From an uncultured Hyphomicrobiales bacterium (lineage in GTDB: Bacteria > Bacteroidota > Ignavibacteria > Kapaibacteriales > UBA7675): a stretch of 64,000 bases of DNA. Both the position numbers and the translations under genes were made by a program. The notes beneath the pieces were generated by a model. It had not been told where the DNA came from, made no database searches, and saw only the letters and a program-made list of their open reading frames with translations. The DNA is taken from positions 57,821-121,820 of the forward strand of contig CAYULF010000010.1 in the NCBI GenBank assembly GCA_964445695.1. The letters are read 5' to 3'. This document shows positions 58,156 through 64,000 of the stretch, piece after piece; positions within the stretch are counted from its first letter, which is position 1, and each line of letters begins with the position of its first letter.

Positions 58156-59204
58156 AGGAAAAAGGGACCGCCGATGGCGGATGTTAATATTCCCACCGGC
58201 ATCTCCGCCGGCGCAGCCACGAGACGCGCCGCCAGGTCCGAGAGTAACAACAATATTCCACCGCTCAATATCGAGAGCGGAATGACGCGTTGGTGATGCG
58301 AGCCCACAAGCAGTCTCACAATATGCGGCACCACCAGGCCGATGAATCCGATCACACCCGCCAGCGAGACAGCCGCGCCTACAATAATTGCCGTTAAAAA
58401 TGTGATGTGAAATTTGCCGCGTTCCACGTCAAAGCCGAGGTGCCGCGCCTCGCGTTCGCCCAGCATCATGGCGTCCAGCACACTCGAATAGCGCGTTAAA
58501 GCTAAAAGAGCGGGCAGGATAAACAGTGCCGCGATGCCGATCGACTTCCAGCCCGCTCCGGCGATATTGCCGAGCAGCCAGAACGTTACCGTGCGCAGTT
58601 CGTCGTCGTCCGCCACGAACATCATTAAACCGATAAATGCCGCGGCCATGGCGTTGATCGCAATACCGCCCAGAATCATGATTGTGACGGATGTTTCATT
58701 GTTGCGCGTAGAAATGCGGAACACCAGCCAGGTTGCCGCCAGGCCGCCCAGGAAGGCCGCCGCCGGCGTCAGAAACAGCGTCAGAGCTCCGGCTGTTGCT
58801 CCGAAGAGTCCGCCGCCGATCACAATAAAAAATACCGCGCCGCAAGCCGCGCCGTTGCTGATGCCGATCAGCGCCGGGTCCGCCAGCGGATTGCGGAACA
58901 ATCCCTGAATTGCCGCGCCGGAAGCCGCCAGTCCCGCTCCGAGCAGAATGCAGAACAGCGTGCGCGGCAGGCGGATAAATACGACAATTGATTCCTGCGT
59001 GGCGGTGAATTCCCAGGGGAGTTTAAGTCCGATCTGTGCCGCCAGTATGGATAACAGCTCCTGCGGCGAGAGTCCGACAGCGCCGAAGGAAACCGAAGCC
59101 AGCGCCAGTGCAACAAGCGCAAACAGCAGCACCGCAACCAATTGTGACTGCGATGTACTGCGACTTTTGCGTTTGTTTAATATGGCGGCGGCCAGGCTGT
59201 TCAT
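58113..59204 (-). CDS. hmuU: FecCD-family ABC permease (heme/iron complex)
   Basis: About 9 TM helices with FecCD blocks RLPRTLFCILLGAGLAASGAAIQGLFRNPLADPALIGIS. Start placed at MNSLAAAIL, since the upstream Arg-rich extension is non-coding. Confidence 0.8.
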   Translation of the reverse strand: MNSLAAAILNKRKSRSTSQSQLVAVLLFALVALALASVSFGAVGLSPQELLSILAAQIGLKLPWEFTATQESIVVFIRLPRTLFCILLGAGLAASGAAIQGLFRNPLADPALIGISNGAACGAVFFIVIGGGLFGATAGALTLFLTPAAAFLGGLAATWLVFRISTRNNETSVTIMILGGIAINAMAAAFIGLMMFVADDDELRTVTFWLLGNIAGAGWKSIGIAALFILPALLALTRYSSVLDAMMLGEREARHLGFDVERGKFHITFLTAIIVGAAVSLAGVIGFIGLVVPHIVRLLVGSHHQRVIPLSILSGGILLLLSDLAARLVAAPAEMPVGILTSAIGGPFFLWLLLRFKRNRSLM

Positions 59205-60133
59205 CGACCTGCCTCCGCATCGCCGAAGTGCAGGCCGCGTACGAGTTCGATCATGGCTTTGCCGAGGCGCGGACCGAAACCGAGCAGGAGCAGATCGTCG
59301 ATGACGACAAAGTTGGCGTTTCTGCCGGCGGGAGTCTGCGCAATACCGGGGATGTTTAACAGCCCCTCGGTTCCACCGACACTGGCAAGTCCGGAAGTCG
59401 TCAGCACCAGCACGTCGGGCGAACGTCCGATAATCGCTTCGGCGCCGACGGGTTTCCATCCGTCGATGTCATGCACCACGTTGTCGGACATGCACCAGTT
59501 CAACATGAAGTCGATCGGCGTGTCCGCGCCGCCGGCGTTGAGTACTTTGGCGCCGCGCAGGTAAAGCATCAGTGCTTTCCGGCGCGTTGTTGCATCTTTT
59601 AACAGTTCGCGCGCATGTGCCAGATCGCGATCCAGCGTACTGATCAGCGCTTCGCCGCGTTCTTTGCGGTTGAGTGCGGCGGCCAACAGCGTGATTTTGT
59701 GTTTCGCGCCCGGAATGCTGAACTCTTCCGGCACGCGCAGCACCGGGATTCCCGTTGCGCGCAACTGGTCAAAAATGTACTCGGGACCGGCCAGATCGGA
59801 AATGATAATGAGCGTGGGGTTAAACGACAGAATTCCTTCCGTCGCCAGCGCGCGCCAGTAACCTACTTTGGGCAGGTTCTCCAGCGATTCGGGCCAGGTG
59901 CTCGAAATGTCCGTCGCCACGATATTGTCGGCATAACCCAGCGCGCAGACGATTTCCGTCACCGGGCCGCCCAGCGATACAATCCGCGAGCGATCCGCAA
60001 TGTGAACTTTGTGACCGTCCGCATCAACCACCGTCACGGCGTCGTCTGATTGGGCCCGCAGCTCCGCTCCCGTCGGCAAACAGAAGAACAGGATTGAGAG
60101 AAGCAGCGGTGTGATGTTAACAGATTTAAACAT
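59201..60133 (-). CDS. hmuT: Periplasmic heme/iron-complex ABC substrate-binding protein (HmuT/class III SBP)
   Basis: Signal peptide, then RIVSLGGPVTEIVCALG...PTLIII (SBP_bac_8-like fold). 4-nt overlap with the permease gene. Confidence 0.75.
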   Translation of the reverse strand: MFKSVNITPLLLSILFFCLPTGAELRAQSDDAVTVVDADGHKVHIADRSRIVSLGGPVTEIVCALGYADNIVATDISSTWPESLENLPKVGYWRALATEGILSFNPTLIIISDLAGPEYIFDQLRATGIPVLRVPEEFSIPGAKHKITLLAAALNRKERGEALISTLDRDLAHARELLKDATTRRKALMLYLRGAKVLNAGGADTPIDFMLNWCMSDNVVHDIDGWKPVGAEAIIGRSPDVLVLTTSGLASVGGTEGLLNIPGIAQTPAGRNANFVVIDDLLLLGFGPRLGKAMIELVRGLHFGDAEAGR

Positions 60134-61178
60134 GAACGTACTCCTCCCAGGCGCCGTATTTGCTCGCCAGGACCTCGCGCCACTCGTTCAGTTCGGGAAT
60201 GCCGGGTTTGCGTTTGCCAAAGAGTTGCAACACCATTTCGCCTTTGTCATTAAATATTTCCAGCGAATGAATCATGCCGTCGCGACTCGGTTTGCGCACG
60301 TACCAGGTTTCGTGCAGATTTGCGCCGTTAATGTGCAGGTTGAATCCGGGATCCATCACGTTGAACCAGCCGTTGAATTCGGCTGTTTTGTTTACCGTGC
60401 CGGAAAAAATTTGCAGGATGCCGCCGTTGCCTACAAATGCCATGATCGGCGTTTGTGTTTCGGCTGCGGCGGTTATGACTTCAGTAAATGAATTGAGCGG
60501 TACGCGGCGCGCCCAGTCCGGTCCGGCAATGCGCAAGGCCTGTGTGCGCGGCAGACCATGCTTTTTTAACATCCCGAAAAACTCGTGTGTGTCCTGCAGA
60601 GCGGCCCAGTCTTGCCGGAACAATTCTACATCGACATCGTTGTTGTCGTCCGCGCGTTTAACTTCCTGCGGCGTTGGATTGACCGCACTCTGGTCGTCCG
60701 ACATCAGGTCCTTCTCCAGCTGCTCAAAGGCTTCGCGATTGGATTCCGCGCCGATATACACCTTGTGGATTGCTTTTCCATGTTCGTCAAAGATCTGGAA
60801 GCTGATCAACTCGCCGCGTGCCGTAGAGCGGCGTTCGGTGTAGAGGCTGTGCCAGGCGGAAGGGAAGAGGCGCAGGTCGATTTCGCTGCCGAGTACCAGC
60901 CCGTGATCGGCGTTCAGGTGGATGTTTTTGTACTCGCCGCGCACCTCGTGCACAACGTCGTCATTGCGCGTCAATGCCATCACGCGCCCCAGTTCGCCCA
61001 GGCGCGGAATAAACGTTTTCCAGTCGGCTTTGAGGCGTTTAACATTGTCGCCGCAGTCGGTCGTCAGCAGAGCTTCCTCGCTCACGCCAAGTTGGTCGGC
61101 GGCGTCGCGGATACGCGGCGGATTGGCGCCGGCGCGCATTTCCTGCCATTGTTCGCGGATAGAATCTACGGAAGTCAT
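60126..61178 (-). CDS. hmuS: Hemin-degrading / heme-trafficking protein, HemS/ChuS/HmuS family
   Basis: Two-repeat ChuX-like architecture, with blocks MALTRNDDVVHEV and IMAFVGNGGILQIFSGTV. Confidence 0.7.
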   Translation of the reverse strand: MTSVDSIREQWQEMRAGANPPRIRDAADQLGVSEEALLTTDCGDNVKRLKADWKTFIPRLGELGRVMALTRNDDVVHEVRGEYKNIHLNADHGLVLGSEIDLRLFPSAWHSLYTERRSTARGELISFQIFDEHGKAIHKVYIGAESNREAFEQLEKDLMSDDQSAVNPTPQEVKRADDNNDVDVELFRQDWAALQDTHEFFGMLKKHGLPRTQALRIAGPDWARRVPLNSFTEVITAAAETQTPIMAFVGNGGILQIFSGTVNKTAEFNGWFNVMDPGFNLHINGANLHETWYVRKPSRDGMIHSLEIFNDKGEMVLQLFGKRKPGIPELNEWREVLASKYGAWEEYVHV

Positions 61179-61332
61179 TGGTTTGCCTGTCCGATGTTTA
61201 ATGAAATGTTTGTTGTTCAGCGTCCGAAGCCGCAGCATCATTCGCATGAAAAAAAGTTGGCGGCAGGAGAACGGGTCTCTCGATGCTTTCGCTCTCCTGC
61301 CGCCGTGTGATCACCGCCGTCGCGTTGATGAG

Positions 61333-62604
61333 TTAGTGGATTTGAAGAGTTGCCATAAGCGTTTTTCCATCCAACTGCAGTTGAACTGCATACTGTCCCG
61401 CAGCCAGACCGTTTACATTCAGCGGAAGCTGATGCATGCCCGTTCCGGCCTTAACATTTTCCCGCAACACAATGTGACCGTTCAGGTCCACGATGCGCAG
61501 TTGCGCGCTCTTGATGTGCTTGTTAATCGCATAACTCAGCGTGCATGCGCCGTCCGTTACCGGTGCGGGGAAGAGCGCCATGCTGCCGACAAGTTCGCCG
61601 TTCGTTTCTGCAACGTCCGTCGACAGTGGTTCACCGACTTCAAAGCCGACCTTGCCGTCCGCACCGCCGCCGAATTCCGTGAAGTAGACTTTGTAAATAC
61701 TGCCGTCGTGCGCCTGTACAAAGTAGGCCACGCTCTCATTCATCACGTATGAGTTGGTTGAGAATGAGAATTCTTTCCAGTCGTGACCGATAATGTTAAT
61801 ATCCTCGCTCAGCGTCATGTCCTGGCTGTAGCTGACCGTCAGCGGGTCGACGTCGTCGGCCTGGGCGCAAAGCACGCCGACATTGCTGCGCACGCCGGAG
61901 ACGACGTAGGGAACATCGCCATTTTCGCCGACGTAGGCGATGTAACGTCCAAACACGATGTCCCACTCGGCGCTGAGCGGTTCGCGGTCAAGCGTCGTAT
62001 GTGAACCGAGCGAATAATACGCGAAGTTTTTACCGCTGAACTCACTCTTGGCGATTTCGGCGCTGTGCGCGTTGCTGCCGTCCAGGTTGGCGTATTTGAT
62101 CGTGTACACACCCGACTTCAGACTCTCGACCATCAGTTTAACATAAGTCGTCGCGTCCAGCTGCAGGACAAAAATTTCCGTGCCGTCCACGTGGTGAGTA
62201 ATCGGATTGTATTCACCCCAGCCCAGCGAGCCGCTGTTCGGGTCAATGCCGAGGTTAAGCGCACCCGAGCTCCATGACGTTTCCGAATTGTATGTCAGTT
62301 CCCAATTCGCCGTCATGCCGTTGGTGTCCAGCAGGTCAAAGTTGTCGATGTTAACGCCGAATGCGTGCCACACAAGAATGCCCTTGCTGTGGTTAACCAG
62401 CACCGAGGCGGCAAATCCCGAAATCTCAAAAGCCAGATCCCAATCGCTTGCGCTCCGGCTTTCAACGCCGTCATCAGTAAGACTGAAAAACACGTCGTTG
62501 GCGTAGTCCGCTCCCATCGCGATGCTCCGTTCGCCTGCCAGAACGGGAGAGGCCAGGAGCGCAAATACACAAACGAATGATAAAAAAGTGCCGCAAAGTT
62601 TCAT
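61333..62604 (-). CDS. HmuY-like heme-binding protein with T9SS C-terminal sorting domain
   Basis: Signal peptide; MGADYANDVFFSL, SDWDLAF and EWDIVFGRY motifs, shared with the next paralog and reminiscent of the HmuY family. C-terminal ~80 aa forms a beta-sandwich ending LQLDGKTLMATLQIH. Confidence 0.55.
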   Translation of the reverse strand: MKLCGTFLSFVCVFALLASPVLAGERSIAMGADYANDVFFSLTDDGVESRSASDWDLAFEISGFAASVLVNHSKGILVWHAFGVNIDNFDLLDTNGMTANWELTYNSETSWSSGALNLGIDPNSGSLGWGEYNPITHHVDGTEIFVLQLDATTYVKLMVESLKSGVYTIKYANLDGSNAHSAEIAKSEFSGKNFAYYSLGSHTTLDREPLSAEWDIVFGRYIAYVGENGDVPYVVSGVRSNVGVLCAQADDVDPLTVSYSQDMTLSEDINIIGHDWKEFSFSTNSYVMNESVAYFVQAHDGSIYKVYFTEFGGGADGKVGFEVGEPLSTDVAETNGELVGSMALFPAPVTDGACTLSYAINKHIKSAQLRIVDLNGHIVLRENVKAGTGMHQLPLNVNGLAAGQYAVQLQLDGKTLMATLQIH

Positions 62605-62819
62605 CGCTAAACCTATGATATAATTGCAGTTAAAAGAATCGTGCTCGTCGGTGTCGGCCGCAGTTGCCGGCAGTCTTCACCTTATCTGTATTTAAATCTG
62701 GATTAAGTCCAGATAACTGAGGCATTCTTGTTCGATGCGATTTCGCCGCTCTCTCTTGAAAGCCCCTTGAATGTTTTTGTTAACCTCGCCGGTAGAAGGC
62801 GAAGAACGACAAGTCAGTC

Positions 62820-63839
62820 TCAGAGCCGCTGGAATTCAAACGCGGGACTGCCTTTGTCGCCGCTTTCAGGATCGTAAAAATCCGTGAAACGCAGCTTGTA
62901 CAGAAAGCCGGCCGCATCGCGTACGATATAACTGCGGCTGATGTCGACGATGTAGAGCGACTCCTGCAAGATGAATGTCTTCCAGTCGTAGCCGATTGCG
63001 TCGGGGCGTGTGTTTAACTCCACCGCCGCCGCAGTCTCGCGGTCGATCAGTTCGTAGGGAAGTTCGTTAAACTCCGCCGCGCTTACCAGGCCGGGATTGG
63101 ACAATGCGCCGTTAACCGAATAGGGCAGCGGCTCCGGCTGGTAGAACACATAGACGTACTTTGTGAAAACCAGGTCCCAGCTTTCGCGCGGCGGCTCGTG
63201 CTCAAATTCTGCTTTGCTGTCAAAATCAAAGCCGATATAGTTGAAGCTGTCGTCGCGATTAACCGCGTAGGTCGCAGCGCCTGTTCCATCGATATTCGCA
63301 AGGCTGACGGAATAGAACTTGTCGTTGGCGGATTCAATCCGGAACAGCACGAGGCCGTTTTTCTCGCCCGCGGCGCTGTAGCCGCGATCAAGCAGGTAGA
63401 CGTGTTTGCGCGATGCAGCGCCGGGTTCTTCATCCGATCGCCACCACGCGCCGATGCCGCTGGAGTCCACATCGCCGCTCTGTACATCGTACCGGAATTC
63501 GGCGTTCTTGATCATCGCTGCATTGACGTCGCTGAATTCAATCGCTCCAAGATCGGCGACGGAAGCAAATTTTGCACTGTTCAGACGCACGTCGTAGCGG
63601 CCGGGCCGGCAGTTAAACTCCAGGTCCCAGAGTGCAAAGTCAACAGACTTAACGCTCCTGTTGCTGCCAAGGTCGAAGTACACGCGCTGCGCGTAGTCGC
63701 CGCCCATTGTAACCGTGGCGGCGCGAACGTCGCCGCGATCGATGGGAGCCACCAGTTCGTCCTCGGGCAGGCAGCCGCTCAGACCGACAAACACGGCGGC
63801 CAGCGCAAATCTGAATATGATGGAGTGTGTGTTAAACAT
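62820..63839 (-). CDS. HmuY-like lipoprotein (paralog of 61333-62604, no T9SS tail)
   Basis: Lipobox VGLSGC; MGGDYAQRVYFDL, FALWDLEF and ESWDLVFTKY motifs collinear with the upstream paralog. Confidence 0.55.
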   Translation of the reverse strand: MFNTHSIIFRFALAAVFVGLSGCLPEDELVAPIDRGDVRAATVTMGGDYAQRVYFDLGSNRSVKSVDFALWDLEFNCRPGRYDVRLNSAKFASVADLGAIEFSDVNAAMIKNAEFRYDVQSGDVDSSGIGAWWRSDEEPGAASRKHVYLLDRGYSAAGEKNGLVLFRIESANDKFYSVSLANIDGTGAATYAVNRDDSFNYIGFDFDSKAEFEHEPPRESWDLVFTKYVYVFYQPEPLPYSVNGALSNPGLVSAAEFNELPYELIDRETAAAVELNTRPDAIGYDWKTFILQESLYIVDISRSYIVRDAAGFLYKLRFTDFYDPESGDKGSPAFEFQRL

Positions 63840-63857
63840 CTTGTTGTCATTCCGAGT

Positions 63858-64000
63858 GTCAGAGCGTGTTCAGATCCAGGCGCAGAAACAGCGATCTCCC
63901 GGTGCCGATCGACACGCTGCCGCCCGCATCCGAGTGCACATCATTGCTGTTCAGGCTGTTGCTGATATTCACAACGTCGAAAATATTTTTCACACCGCCG
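63858..64000 (-). CDS. TonB-dependent receptor, C-terminal end only (start outside the window), likely the HmuR-type heme receptor
   Basis: Minus-strand translation ...GGVKNIFDVVNISNSLNSNDVHSDAGGSVSIGTGRSLFLRLDLNTL* resembles a TBDR C-terminal beta-strand region. Sits at the head of the hmu locus. Confidence 0.45.

Noticed and set aside
58113-59459. 448-aa version of the FecCD permease starting at 59459
   Set aside because: The first 85 aa are Arg-rich nonsense typical of an out-of-context upstream frame. The start was reassigned to MNSLAAAIL at 59204, giving a normal ~363-aa permease that overlaps hmuT by 4 nt.

Overview
This window is a high-GC (about 60-63%) bacterial chromosomal segment with dense coding on both strands. 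No integrase, transposase, CRISPR array, rRNA or tRNA was recognised. Two secreted proteins end in T9SS-type C-terminal sorting domains, and an OmpA-domain outer-membrane protein and an HmuY-like heme locus are present. Together these point to an FCB-group lineage (Bacteroidota, Rhodothermota or Ignavibacteriota-like). Features in order along the window:
- 1-6000: a 5'-partial clpB that stops abruptly in the middle domain, followed by its own terminator and a block of direct and tandem repeats; then rlmB, scpA and a highly unusual poly-acidic scpB.
- 6000-15200: YacP/NYN nuclease, yicC, gmk with a bidirectional terminator pair, an ATP-grasp enzyme, a Gfo/Idh/MocA oxidoreductase, a GT9 heptosyltransferase, an orphan nuoC, a fatty-acid hydroxylase, an SDR, and an orphan MalK-like ABC ATPase.
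- 15200-25000: a conserved RDD / SpoIIM-like / membrane / DUF4129 / DUF4350 / MoxR / DUF58 cluster in which the membrane component is triplicated.
- 25000-36000: a BI-1 protein, a Cys-rich small secreted protein, an SBBP-repeat T9SS cargo, an OmpA protein, and an ECF sigma/anti-sigma pair.
- 36679-46200: a translationally coupled operon of a YqiJ/NfeD-like protein, a short SPFH protein, a full-length flotillin, a 1655-aa AAA-type giant ATPase and a MOSC protein. This is the most system-like candidate in the window.
- 46200-64000: tandem duplicated putative Na+/H+ antiporters; four tandem paralogous small membrane proteins followed by Tam methyltransferase and a DUF2235 (Tle1-like) hydrolase; and a heme-uptake locus (hmuVUTS, two HmuY-like proteins and a partial TonB-dependent receptor).
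A window-wide over-representation of a GTTAAAC / GTTTAAC / GTTAAC palindromic motif family is also noted.
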